Positions 54,701 to 64,000 of a DNA stretch of 64,000 nt are shown here, in pieces. Each line of letters begins with the position of its first letter. Positions within the stretch are counted from its first letter, which is position 1. The notes under the pieces are model-generated. The model was given only the letters and a program-made list of their open reading frames with translations. It was not told where the DNA came from and made no database searches. Origin of the DNA: Haliotis cracherodii (taxonomy: Eukaryota); the NCBI RefSeq assembly GCF_022045235.1, contig NW_027266286.1, positions 8,246,001-8,310,000 of the forward strand, in the 5' to 3' direction. The position numbers were made by a program, and so were the translations under genes.

Positions 54701-55279
54701 TAACAAAACTGTGTGTGCCAGTTGGAATACAGAGTTCAAAAAGTATTTTACTTAAATATTAGCTTGGTGTGGGAGCCCCGTGGAGATGTTGTTGACAGAC
54801 ATTTACTGATTTTGCTGTAACCATGACTATGAGAATATGGTGCTAACAAACCAATGATCTGAGCAAAACTGGTTTTAGAATCCACTCAGATCCTTGCATG
54901 CCCAGGGGACAAAACTCTCCACAGTGAATCATGGAACCTGAACCTTATATCACTTGGCTACCCCTGACCAACAGAAATCCTTTTTAATTTCTACACTGCT
55001 TCAGTAACAACTTTCATGATATTTCTATTGCCTAGGCGTTAGAATCACATACGATAATACAGTCAATATGATATTTAGTTTGATAAGATACTTACGCAGG
55101 TGCTCTCCCTTGTAACTCGAACTTAGTGAACCGGATTTTCACTCTTTCTGTAGCCCATCCAATGAACTTGTAGATACAGTGTGAATTGCTGGGGTAATTA
55201 CCGGTAATTTTCGACTTTGGAGAATGGAATGTTCCATTTTTGGAATTGCCGTGACGGCTGGACACAATCACATCACAGT
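12349..55279 (-). CDS. sol-1: Multi-exon gene, 5'-incomplete: SOL-1 (suppressor of lurcher)-like protein with 5 CUB + LDLa + TM + PDZ-ligand tail. Join: 55096-55279, 35965-36185, 31200-31407, 29479-29729, 28843-28881, 26869-27052, 25674-25861, 24171-24387, 22699-22907, 21395-21568, 20586-20715, 19560-19630, 18834-18947, 12349-12602
   Basis: All 14 exons have AG/GT boundaries with matching phases; total 2444 nt = 2 nt + 814 codons including the stop. CUB motifs (G.I.SPNYP..Y...C, C.YDY..IYDG, FCG, GF...Y), a 6-Cys LDLa module and a hydrophobic TM segment are present. Segments such as VKLDFI...EHLIGTECDQRIMSKQETNGTIKSPNYP and KYKFITDYAIPGT resemble arthropod SOL-1 as I recall it; the orthology needs phylogenetic confirmation. 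Confidence 0.85.
16292..16384 (-). CDS. Putative alternative cassette exon encoding a GPI-signal-like C-terminus (C-GAPSMLSFHAVIVFSVTCHSFFLTHFILH*)
   Basis: Long polypyrimidine tract + tag acceptor. First bases GC complete the LDLa Cys (TGC). Then 29 codons, TGA, and the donor G|gtaggt. Confidence 0.6.
18834..18947 (-). CDS. Coding exon, LDL-receptor class A module (DTCFGFKCAKNNYCISSELKCNELPNCGRGDESDETAE-C)
   Basis: LDLa Cys spacing and the DESDE acidic motif. The sixth Cys codon is split across the next intron (T|GY). Confidence 0.92.
19560..19630 (-). CDS. Coding exon, end of CUB e (FVTSLRSLGGKGFKLSWTEVNED)
   Basis: GF..SW terminal CUB strand, acceptor gttccag, donor G|gtaagt. Confidence 0.88.
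20276..20396. repeat. Near-perfect inverted repeat (56-bp arms, 9-nt loop)
   Basis: The arms differ at 5 of 56 positions. Confidence 0.92.
20586..20715 (-). CDS. Coding exon, middle of CUB e (TGCQNSVMRIYSDINSVQPAEVLCGQMGTNIAFLSSGDTFRI)
   Basis: Translated by hand. Acceptor gtttcag, donor gtaagg, phase 1 to 2. Confidence 0.88.
20885..21144 (-). mobile_element. SINE family A, near-complete copy
   Basis: Aligns along its length with 2905-3170. Confidence 0.85.
21395..21568 (-). CDS. Coding exon, N-part of CUB e (CGKHVINSQGSGGIIKSPDYPRKYKAKTFCQWTIRASKPTNKILLETATFVLEGKMD)
   Basis: Translated by hand. SPDYP and C.WTI motifs, acceptor gtttcag, donor gtaagt. Confidence 0.92.
21551..22198. repeat. 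Four copies of a ~75-bp unit separated by (GT)n, followed by a degenerate GT-rich tract
   Basis: ttacatgctttccacattctgaaa..ggacaatt.ataggtaacagaaaacagcag..accaatagaagccttaa, spaced 118, 109 and 119 bp. Confidence 0.95.
22463..22637. mobile_element. Tc1/mariner (pogo/Tigger)-type MITE, degenerate
   Basis: ta|CAGTAAAA..TTATAAC ... GTTATAAC..TTTACTG termini with internal ttataac repeats. Confidence 0.65.
22699..22907 (-). CDS. Coding exon, C-half of CUB d (CLGRDYLEILEEG...HCGTIAPGPFTSSRVVKIVFHSN...GFKARYYF)
   Basis: Acceptor attacag, donor gtaggt, CUB motif. Confidence 0.92.
23176..23400. repeat. 21-bp minisatellite, ~11 copies (cactttcaccctatcaaagaa)
   Basis: Visible directly; explains the repetitive ORFs in three frames. 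Confidence 0.95.
24171..24387 (-). CDS. Coding exon, N-half of CUB d (DYAIPGTPISEGQCKFLYDDTSGQSGTFNTPRHPGNYPTDLTCEYIF...FDTFDLDARQPNQLG)
   Basis: Acceptor gttccag. The donor GG|gtgtgt is weaker but is required by the phase 2 start of the next exon. Confidence 0.88.
24883..25300. mobile_element. Tc1/mariner-type MITE with 15-bp TIRs and TA target duplication
   Basis: ta|cagtcaacccttgtt ... aacaagggttgactg|ta. Confidence 0.8.
25674..25861 (-). CDS. Coding exon, C-half of CUB c (CALGYVGLNEDSRLKDGTVKEKFCGTLRPPPLTSQGPRLVLTLDTRGAVQGGRFMSKYKFIT)
   Basis: Not in the ORF track; translated by hand. Acceptor gtttcag, donor CAG|gtaggc, phases fit, locally GC-rich. Confidence 0.9.
25960..26300. repeat. 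Degenerate ~60-bp tandem repeat
   Basis: ccagat...ccagtcta.agtctgtaccatgcagaccagacaacaccagcaataat recurring. Confidence 0.8.
26869..27052 (-). CDS. Coding exon, N-half of CUB c (ECDQRIMSKQETNGTIKSPNYP...CRYYLDGLMDRQHLEKARILFFDFDIPGNMP)
   Basis: Acceptor attgcag, donor gtaagt, SPNYP motif. Confidence 0.95.
27782..28775. repeat. 53-bp minisatellite, ~19 copies
   Basis: ttac(a/t)atagtcg(c/t)agcactaagacaatct(c/t)aactcccatactttaacacag(a/g)c. Confidence 0.97.
28843..28881 (-). CDS. 39-nt coding micro-exon, inter-CUB linker (DFILPDAEHLIGT)
   Basis: Acceptor ctatttcag, donor ACAG|gtaggt. Symmetric phase 1-1. Bridges VKL and ECDQ as in SOL-1-like proteins. Confidence 0.8.
29012..29065. repeat. (GAAT)n microsatellite, tail of a degenerate SINE
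   Basis: Visible directly. Confidence 0.9.
29479..29729 (-). CDS. Coding exon, C-half of CUB b (CPYDYVKIYDGYTNDAPVIGTFCG...RKGFNITYNFSDQIVKL)
   Basis: Canonical CUB motif, acceptor ttccag, donor gtaagt. Confidence 0.95.
31200..31407 (-). CDS. Coding exon, N-half of CUB b (VYDIGTEAPPAMCGYTIRSENRKTGFIMSPTFPGMYADNMFCYYKLQGKAGERIKLHFIEFSLYHGEE)
   Basis: Acceptor ccattccag, donor gtaagt. The CUB frame differs from the frames in the ORF track. Phase 1 in, phase 2 out. Confidence 0.92.
35965..36185 (-). CDS. Coding exon, C-half of CUB a (CDHDYLDIYTQ...GRFCG...FYTD...GFTGYYEFFDA)
   Basis: Acceptor tttcag, donor gtaagt. Phase 2 in matches the upstream exon across an 18.9-kb intron. Confidence 0.92.
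36402..36443. repeat. (AAG)n microsatellite
   Basis: Visible directly. Confidence 0.9.
36685..36995 (+). mobile_element. Probable non-autonomous Helentron-like (HINE-type) element fragment
   Basis: acaagggccataactctg..., (ggac)n-like tract and terminal hairpin atacccctgccccactttgtggtgaggtat. Pattern recognition only. Confidence 0.4.
38205..38620 (-). mobile_element. Degenerate Penelope-like retroelement RT C-terminal fragment
   Basis: Minus strand YDERDDFN... and DFKERHMTLSRKFFHQG..LIKAFQTFHGRH, with frameshifts. Homologous to 45115-45765 and 46800-47390. Confidence 0.7.
39571..39888 (+). mobile_element. SINE family A copy interrupted by a family B SINE
   Basis: Family A sequence resumes after the duplicated tcaattatttac. 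Confidence 0.8.
39644..39818 (+). mobile_element. tRNA-derived SINE family B, full length, with TSD tcaattatttac
   Basis: Close match to the reverse complement of 8929-9095. TSDs at 39632-39643 and 39819-39830. Confidence 0.9.
41137..41232. repeat. Inverted repeat (34-bp arms, 28-nt spacer)
   Basis: attacactcgctttaatctaatatgaagtttatg / cataaacttgatattaaattgaagcgagtgtaat. Confidence 0.8.
42945..43475. repeat. 39-bp minisatellite (~10-11 copies) grading into shorter gatggca(c/t)t repeats
   Basis: ttgatggtatttatgaagtttgccttgatgatgttcata; gives stop-free ORFs on both strands. Confidence 0.95.
45115..45765 (-). mobile_element. Degenerate Penelope-like RT fragment plus 3' region
   Basis: Minus translation LAINETSETVSSVSYLDLFIKIQSDKLFLTRLCDKRDDFNFPIVN (YLDL and DKRDDF motifs). 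Confidence 0.75.
46800..47390 (+). mobile_element. Degenerate Penelope-like RT fragment plus 3' region, opposite orientation
   Basis: cataaagattcagagtgacaggaaactatccacaagactgtatgacaagagggatgacttc (TRLYDKRDDF). Related 3' fragments near 35100-35200 (-) and 57600-57810 (+). Confidence 0.75.
47645..47790 (+). mobile_element. tRNA-derived SINE family B copy
   Basis: gggtagcctagtggttaaag...actcactcac. Degenerate copies also near 29013-29185 (-), 39914-40005, 59439-59580 and 59725-59785. Confidence 0.85.
52762..53099 (-). mobile_element. tRNA-headed SINE family C (V-SINE-like central domain)
   Basis: Minus strand has A/B boxes (tggtctcgtggtagag, ggttcaatcccc) followed by gtcatacctaaaagacgttaaaagatggtggtac...gcactcggcattaagggg. 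Imperfect TSD ga(a/t)tttagatga. Confidence 0.7.
55096..55279 (-). CDS. Coding exon, N-half of CUB a (DCDVIVSSRHGNSKNGTFHSP...NYPSNSHCIYKFIGWATERVKIRFTKFELQGRAP)
   Basis: Acceptor tttcag ends at 55280, donor gtaagt starts at 55095. Phase 1 in, phase 2 out. CUB motif. Confidence 0.9.
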
Positions 55280-55472
55280 CTGAAACCGAGGGAAAAATAA
55301 CATGAGAACTAACAAACAAACCATACAGTGCAAACAAGGTTTCTGTAAACAGTATGCCCATTTCAGCTGTCCACAAGTCAAACACTGCTGCACACAGAGA
55401 ACACCAAACTGACTAACAAAAACATCTGCTTTTTGAAATCCTTACATACTTATTTTACTGTCAGTGTTGGTC

Positions 55473-55737
55473 TTGTTTGTTTGTTGTTTAACGCCACACT
55501 TAGTTATATTATAGCTATATGACTGCGGTCTGTAAATAATCGAGTCAGGAGCAGACAATCCAGTGATTGACATCATGAGCATCGATCCACACAATTGGTA
55601 TATGATGACATGCATCAACCAAGTCAGCGAGCCTGACCACCCGATCCCGTTAGCATAGCATAGCATACAAACATAGATACCACTTATGGCAAGCATGGGT
55701 TGCTGAAGACAAATTCTTTCCCGGACCTCCACGGGTC
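55473..55737 (-). mobile_element. SINE family A copy with an altered core, (tagca)n expansion
   Basis: Aligns with the other family A copies. Confidence 0.85.
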
Positions 55738-58700
55738 CCATCTACTGGTTGACAGGCAGGGTTCAGTTCATACATGGCCAAACAGTCTTTGTTCAAGTCA
55801 TGCTTATTCAGAAATCCATCCAGAATTAACACTTTCATAATCAAAAGCAAGACATCAAAATTTAATTCATTGTTCAAAATTCTGGAAAAGTAATGTCATA
55901 AGCCACAGATATGACATTTCAAAACATATTTGGCTGATATAACATTGTCAAGGTTTCTGTACATAGAGCCAGTGAAACATGATAAACAATATAGGATAGT
56001 ACCACACTTACTCCTCACACATACTGAAAATATTAGGCAGAAAAATTTTGATGAAAAGAAACTTAGTATTATGTATCTATAAAAATGACTTAATATTGAC
56101 GACACTGATCTTAGGTCTTGACAGAATATAATTGCCAATATTCTGAAATCAAAGACTTATGTAAACATTAGTATCAGCTGTAGTCGTTTTGATTGACATT
56201 TAAATCAAACAAAATAGGAACCCTTACAGAGTAAATATTACAGCTACTATTCCACAATTCATTAATTATATCATGGACAATTCTTGCATGGAAAATGTAA
56301 CTGATAGCACTGGGTTTTTTTCTCTCCAAAACTGCAGGATTCCGCTTGGGGTTACTTGATATGCAAACTTAATTAAAGTACAACAGTATTATCACAAGCA
56401 AGTTCGATTTTCTCATCACGGTGATTATCATTAGGGAAAGAATCAATACCGTTGAAACCCAAACCTTGTTTTCTACGTCTAATAACACTCGTTAAGTTTA
56501 AGATGTGTATGTCTGATATTTCAAGAATCTATTCCTGCTGCTGCAATGTGACATGAAAAGATTAATTTGCAAAAAGACATAATAGAGCTTAGTAAAGGGG
56601 GAGACAATTCCCCCTGTCTAAATGTCAGGAAACTGTGTAATTGCAGTGATATCCTAAGATCTACTGATCAGTAATGACACTGACTGCACACCAAACAATA
56701 CTTTGTGTATCAGAGAGGGAAAAACTGCCTATGTAAATGTGGCTTTAATCATGGTTTGGCTGATTAGCTAAGGAGATGTTTAAAGCACAGAAAATAAAAC
56801 CTGGTATGAAAATAGAATTAATCACCATTTCTGATGCAAACTGTGACAGGTTGGAAGTTTTTGGTTTCAAATATATGTGTGCAGTGTAACTGAAATAACC
56901 TTAGGTTTGTTTACTATTTGTGGACAACTTTCCTACCTCTCTGTGGGAGTTATCATGTCAGCCATGATTTATAGGCTGTGATGTTTGTGAACAAGCAACC
57001 TTTGCCATGGCATCTAGAATGATAATGTTTGTGGAAAACTTTCATGTGCTATATGGAGTTTAATACTTGTATATAACTGCCTTATGATGTCAAGAAGTTT
57101 GTGCTATCTACAGGGTTCTTCCTGATGCCAGAAACATCCATATTAGATGCAGATTTAAATAAAAATAGGTAATTAAATTTTGCGATTGCCTGAATGCTGA
57201 CGTAAGTCATCCAGTTTGTTGTTATAAATTATTTACTCAATATTGTTGGAATATGATATATTTTGAAATATACAGAATCTCACAAGAAATAATACAACGT
57301 TATTAATAACTATGGTGTAGATAGACATTAATATGTAATACAGGACTTAGATGCCGCCACCTGTAGCATACAATGAACCTTGATACGTTCAAGATGTCAC
57401 TGAATCTTTGGACACTGAGGAACCCCTACAACGCCCCTCCGGCCCCCAGACATCAGGGTCATCATGACATCAGGGTCAGCATGACACAAGACATGGAAGG
57501 ACAAACCCTGGGTATCATAATAAAACCAATAAAGAAAACTTGGAAATGTCATGATGCACCTTTCATTCCAGTGTAAAATACTAACATAAACTCCTATAAG
57601 TTTTCCTTTGAATTACTGTGCTTTTTTAGCATGAACAATTGACTTGCCTTTGCATGTATTTGTGATAGATGCCACCGGTGGTACAGGACACACTCATCTT
57701 TCCACAAACACCTGGTATCATCACATGATAGTGATTCATAAACAAATACTTATAATATAGTTGGAATCATAAAATGGCCTTTAAACAGAGATTGATTATG
57801 ATTATGGAAAATGTTTTGCCACTTTTATTTATATTTTAATAGACATGTCTACAGTACCAAGTAGTTAGTAAAACTTGTCAGTTATACACAACACATTAAT
57901 GGAAGCAACACCTATAGGACAGAGTTCCTGTTTAAAATCTCTTGTGTCACCTGTTTCTCATTGAACGCCATCAACCAAGAGTCATATGTCCTATAAATTA
58001 CTTCCATATCACCATTAGATTCTTAATATCATGTCTATTTCGCTGCCTGGATCCCATAAGCTGTAATGATCACCCAAATCAAGAACAATCCAGGTAAATT
58101 TGATCCATATTAGTTACAGCTTTATCCTCTTCATATGCTCATTTCCACGCCATGTTACCACACATTCTCTCTCTCAATGCTATTTGTCTTCATCATGCTC
58201 ATAGGCTAGGCACATTAATGAGAGGCTTTGCATCTGTCCACACTTATACTGTTGCTAATTTGCAGACACAAATGCTACAGTGGTGTCACCTCGAGGATGG
58301 TACCTGATAGATCATGGCCGCCCCTACCACACATTCATGTCCACTGAGGAGGACACAAGGATTAAACAGGTAGACGTAGGCAAGTCAGAGAATCAAATAA
58401 TGCATAAATGATATAAGAAAGATGATGTTATGAATCATGTTATGAACATTGCAATAAGGCAGAGTCAGGTCCACTGTCTTATCTATAACTCTTTTTTACA
58501 TTTACTACCCCACCTGAAACCCCCAATTTAGCAACTTGTTCAGACTGACTCTCAAATGCTCCATTGACAGATAGCAGATAGGTTGGTAGACAGCAGAACT
58601 TTTTTCATTTTCTGGTTCTGCAGTGTCTGTCGAACCTGTCTTACAATAAAACTGAGTATTGCATTGACCATAAATCTAATTTTCAAAATGATTTCCCCTG

Positions 58701-61700
58701 ACATATGACATACTTTTTGAAAACAACTAAGAAGAAGCATAATTGAAAGAATATAGAATTGACTGTCATTGGCAATACAGGTTCAATGTTCAACATATGA
58801 CAGCCAGTGTTGAAGTTTCAACTTAATTGCCACTTGCTTGTCACAGCAGCTGCAGGTAAATTGCCCCTGGGTTTGACATATTGATTTTGTGCATAATTTC
58901 AGCACTACATTTTCCTTGTCAGTCAGATGCCTAAATCTACTTAACACCTATTTAGGATTTCAATCAATTTGTTCCTCTTTCGAACTTTCTGAAATAGTCT
59001 CCATTATTGACAAGGATTTAATGCACACACATCCTTGCCAGTAGTGGTGTATAAAGTCTGTTGGAAGATATGAAATCACCTTCTTGCTATAGCATACTAC
59101 ATTTCTACAACCTTTCAACATATCTCTTAACATTTTGGAACAAGTAAAAAAGATTAATTATATTGCTGAAAATAGTAGCACATATGAAAACAATATGATG
59201 ACTCACTCTTCAATCAAGTTAAGAAGAAGTATTACCCAGACATCTGATTTAATGATCATAAGATGAATAATACTCTGTTTCTTCAAGAAAATACAAAACA
59301 ATACTTAATCAGGAACATTCTTTACTATATAATATGATATCAATAAACCCACACACATCAGGAATAAATATTTCAATAATTAGCTTCATCACTATCTAAG
59401 TGTTCGGAATCTCCATTCATATAAATTCAAAGGATCTGGAGCAGCCTAGCGGTTAAATGTTGGTCATCAGGCTGAGGGCATGCGTTCGTTTCTCCACATG
59501 GTACAAAGTGTGAAGCCCATTCTTGGCATCCCTTCTGGAATACAGCCTGCTAAAGTGGCACAGTGCAACACCTACTGACTCAATATTAGTTTCCTCGTTT
59601 TCTCATGATGCTGAAGATTGATAGAGCTCTGATTCCTTTTGGATTACAATGATTGAAAAAACCTCATTTTGGGGCATCTATGTGCTATTATTGTTAAGCA
59701 AAATATCATCGTTGTTGTGAAACATGGGGTAGCCCAGTGGTGTAAGTGTTTGTTTGCATTCACATGACATGAGTTTGATTCCCGGTATTAGTACACACTG
59801 ATCTATGGTCCCTGTTTGTGAAGGCTGATTTCTTTCAGGAAGAATGATTTTCTGTCCTGATGCTAAAGTTAGGTATTTCATGAAAGGCACTGAAATTCAC
59901 CTCTTATGCCATGATGTCAACAACATGATTCAGAGGTATGCCAGCCTGCTAGAATATATATCTAACTGACTTAAAAAAAATCCATTTAATACATCACTAT
60001 GAAATGACATAGTCCTTTAGCAGCTATGACGAAATGACAGTGAGAGTTCATCATAGGACATTCATAATCAATTGATCACATAATCCAGTTGTTTGCATCT
60101 ACAAGGAAGCCTTACTTATGCATGACATTGAAATTGATTGTCTATTCCTATCATTCACACATTGGTGGTAAGGTTAGAGACAATACCCCACTGTGTTCCC
60201 TTTGAGTGTGAAAGACACTCCATGCTTCTGATGTATTGTCAGAGCTGAGGTAAAGACAGACACTCCTTCTCATGTCATTTATAAGGGGATTGAAGAAGTG
60301 AGAGTTGTGTGACATACAGAAACTGGTATTGAACTGTCCATGGTTAGAGTGTCTGGACAAGGTCACACTGACATAGAGATTGAAAGAGGAGATAAATAAT
60401 GGACAAATTGATAAATCCTAATGTTCGCCTGTCATGGCAGTACACTGTACATTCTCATTGGTCTCAATGCAATTACTGTGAGACCTTCCATACAAGTCTT
60501 GAATCTTAACATAAGGTAATGCACGCTGTTAGTTTGGCTTTATGTGTTTGAACAGTATTTCTATAAAGTCATGATGTGGTAGCTTCAAGTAGGAGGCAAG
60601 TCTGAATTCAGGCAGGTCTTAGATGTTAACCACTTCAATGAAACCAAGAAACATTATCAGGGTAAAAAGGGATTCAAACCCAGGATCATAGGTTCAACTC
60701 TTCACAGCAAATAGCTGTGCCTTAGACAACTGGACCATCCATACCCCCTGTACTGTTTAGAACTATATACAAATCAAAAATACAAATTATATCAAATATA
60801 TATAAATATGTATGCAAATGGCTGTATTAAAAAAAACATTTTTAAACAGCAGTTAGAATTAAAAATCTAAAGATTTATATGTGTGAGAAATGTTTTTGTT
60901 TGAAACGTTTCTTCCTACTAAAGCCAAACTTCCACTTTTTAATGAGGGACTAGACAGCTATCTCTACCATGAATTTTTTGTGCTTTTGTTATTTTATTTC
61001 TACTGTTAACTCTATTTGTTGACTACAGCTCAAGTTGCCACAAGATCAAATTAAATCAACAACTACAAGAAAACTTTCACTCAGTTTGGGAGTCACGAAG
61101 AAGGTAAAATTAAATACGCATGGTTTCTTTACCAAAGACAACCTACACACTCCACTCTGTGCACAGCATGAGGTCTCAGCTCATAAAAGTTTAAAAGGTA
61201 GCCAGCAGTTACGTACCCAGATAATGAAGTTAATGAACACAAACTGACTAACCAGTTTTCAAAGGTTAAATGCATCAGACTGATCCTGTACACAAGAGCT
61301 CTAAACTAATTAGAAGCCTTTTGTTAAATTAGTGGTTGGAACCATGCTGGTGGCTGCAGTGATGGCAGAACTAGGACTGTAGGTAGCCAAGACACAAGGC
61401 ATATATACATTTTAGATAAATACTTTTGTGTTAAAGAAACCCTGCAAATTGTTTTTTTACAGCACATTGGACAGCAATATCTCCCTTTTATTAGGCAATA
61501 CTGACTATCCGAATTCCATCGACACCAATCAGGCCATGGTCTGGGCCACTAAAAGGTCACCTCCAACCACCGGAACATATTAACCTTTTTAAGGTGAAGT
61601 CTTCAAAGAATAGAGTTAGCATTAACCCAATTCTAGTTGAAGATGTCACTCAAATGTTTGCTTTCTTTGTAGGTTAACCAAATTTGAACGACAAATTGTA

Positions 61701-62519
61701 TTAAAAAATACTTTGCACATCCCAAAGAAGCATCAACCATGAAAGTAGTGAATTGGAAAAAGGCCAGTCCACATCTGAAGAGGAACCTATTATTCCTGGC
61801 ATCTTGTACCAGAATGTCCCTGGCATTCTAGCATAACCAAAGACTTGTGACATTGTTAGATTTCTTGGTTTTCAACGGTAAAGTAATTAGTTCAACTGAA
61901 GTAGAATTCATGGATGGAAAACTACATGGTTCTTTAAGATAGAAGATTACAAACCAAACTGAATGATAAGGTCAGTGTCCTTTTGCAACCAGAAACATCA
62001 GCCCCAAATCACAAATCCTCCCCCCGCATTCTGACACCATTACCAGTTTACAGAATTTCCTCCTTTCCCTAGACTAGTCTAAAGAGGAAATAGCCAGCCT
62101 AAGAGGGCCAGACCTAATTGTCTGTGCTTCCTCCTTGATTCCTGGTGGCCTGGAACAAGAACACATCACCTGGCTCAACACAGTCTAACAGATCCTCCTC
62201 GCAGGACAAAATACAGACAATTCACTTCTCTGCTTCAGTTGCTGCACCACATTAGTGCTGATGGTCATTTTCTGGCTTGGGGACAGTAAATTGGGGCTTT
62301 AGAAAATCAGTGTTGGTCAACCTTCATGTGACTTGCATGGTGTTGTTACTTTGCTGTCCAATTCTAGCAGATTTGTCCACTTTCTACTGTGTCGTGTAGA
62401 TAATGAATACTGGCGCAGTTTTGTGATGCAGGTGTGTATATTTGTAGAAGACAGAAACACCATTTAATCAGTGTTTTTTATCATCACAGGTGCTGAAACA
62501 TTAGAGGTACCAGGTAACA

Positions 62520-62955
62520 TCTTCTCCATAAAAATGTGACTGCCAAGTTAGGAGTGACATTTCCTCCATACAAGTGATGCCAAGTTAGGAGTGACATCTT
62601 CTCCATACAAGTGATGCCAAGTTAGGAGTGACATTTCCTCCATACAAGTGCTGCCAAGTTAGGAGTGACATTTCCTCCATACAAGTGATGCCAAGTTAGG
62701 AGTGACATCTCCTCCATACAAGTGATGCCAAGTTAGGAGTGACATCTCCTCCATACAAGTGAAGTCAAGTTAGGAGTGACATTTCCTCCATACAAGTGAT
62801 GCCAAGTTAGGAGTGACATTTCCTCCATACAAGTGATGCCAAGTTAGGAGTGACATTTCCTCCATACAAGTGATGCCAAGTTAGGAGTGACATCTCCTCC
62901 ATACAAGTGATGCCAAGTTAGGAGTGACATCTCCTCCATACAAGTGCTGCCAAGC
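62520..62955. repeat. 37-bp minisatellite, ~11-12 copies
   Basis: ctccatacaagtgatgccaagttaggagtgacat(t/c)tc. Confidence 0.95.
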
Positions 62956-64000
62956 AAGGACTAACAGTTCTGACAATGTGATGACTGGTCTACTGCCCAT
63001 ACAGTATCATTATGAAAGTAAATAAATGATTATGGTGAGAACAACTCAAATTAGTCCCAACAACTTCACGATTGTCAGGAGCACTTGGTTAAAACACATT
63101 TTGTACTGAGAATATTCTTGCCTACTGCTTCACAACAGAGCTCAGCCCCTTGTTCTTTCCCCAAAGGTTTACATATGTCAATCAATTCTAGGGGATGGGG
63201 TTTGATTAATGTGGAAGCTCTACAATAACATTGTGAACATTTGCACATATTTATTTGTCTGATGGTCATGAAAGCAGGGTTGCAAGATTATCAGGAGCAC
63301 TTGGTTAAAACAAATCTTGCACTGAGAATATTCTTACTTACTGTTTTACAAGGTAAATGAAAGTGTCTAGACTGTAAATCACTTCATCAAATACTGTGTA
63401 ACTGAGCATCAGTTAGAGACAACATGGGTCTTGGTCTGAGCCGATTCTTGACACCTGCTGTTTGACTTCCCCATGACAGGAGCACATGACCTGATGGATA
63501 AAGGATTTACACTGCAACACTTCAATGTTTTCTCATCATCAACCACTGCAGTTGACTCAGTGGTCATTGCAGAGTTCTAGGTTACTTTAAGTAGAAAGGT
63601 TACGCCCACATCCTTTTTCATTTCAGTGTCATGATGCATTATACTACTACAGGACTTTCTTACAATTAAAACCATTCTAAAGATGTGAACTAGCCAGTAG
63701 CTGTTGGATATCAAGTTGGAAATGTATTGTATTAAGGCACCAACACTGAGTGAACCATATACACCATCACATGATCAACATGAACATTGAGAGACAGCCC
63801 AAAACCTTTGCACTTTAAAGTAAATGAGGAATGTCCTGCTTTCAGGATCATCAGACAAATGAATATGAGCAAATGTTGACAATATAATTGTAGACCTTCC
63901 ACGATAATCAAACCCTGTCCTCCAGAAATGATTGACTTGTATAAACCTTTGAAGGAAGAACAAAGCTGGTGAGTTCTGTTGCTGTTGTTGTTGTTGATGA

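Noticed and set aside
55400-64000. Upstream exons or signal peptide of the CUB gene
   Set aside because: No convincing CUB-like or signal-peptide exon ending in phase 1 was found by eye. The 5' end is probably beyond the window, though a small exon could have been missed.

Overview
AT-rich, repeat-rich eukaryotic genomic DNA; the SINE families look molluscan, possibly abalone (inference). The window is dominated by one large minus-strand multi-exon gene. I assembled 14 coding exons (55279 down to 12349) with GT-AG splice sites and consistent phases. They give about 813 aa: five CUB domains, one LDLa module, a transmembrane helix and a short tail ending in a class I PDZ-ligand-like SMV. The sequence resembles SOL-1 (suppressor of lurcher) family proteins, and the architecture resembles LEV-10/Neto ionotropic-receptor auxiliary proteins. 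The 5' end of the gene is not found in the window. A long 3' UTR probably runs to about 4.4 kb. The most interesting signals concern splicing. (1) A 93-nt cassette exon at 16292-16384 would swap the TM/PDZ tail for a GPI-signal-like C-terminus. (2) A duplicated exon start at 24778-24810 has gained its own GT donor and could be an in-frame 33-nt micro-exon. (3) Three tandem decoy copies of a real 3' splice site sit among (CA)n tracts. The rest is SINEs (one nested), MITEs, Penelope-like RT fragments, minisatellites and hairpins. The ORF-track entries outside the exons appear spurious or repeat-derived.
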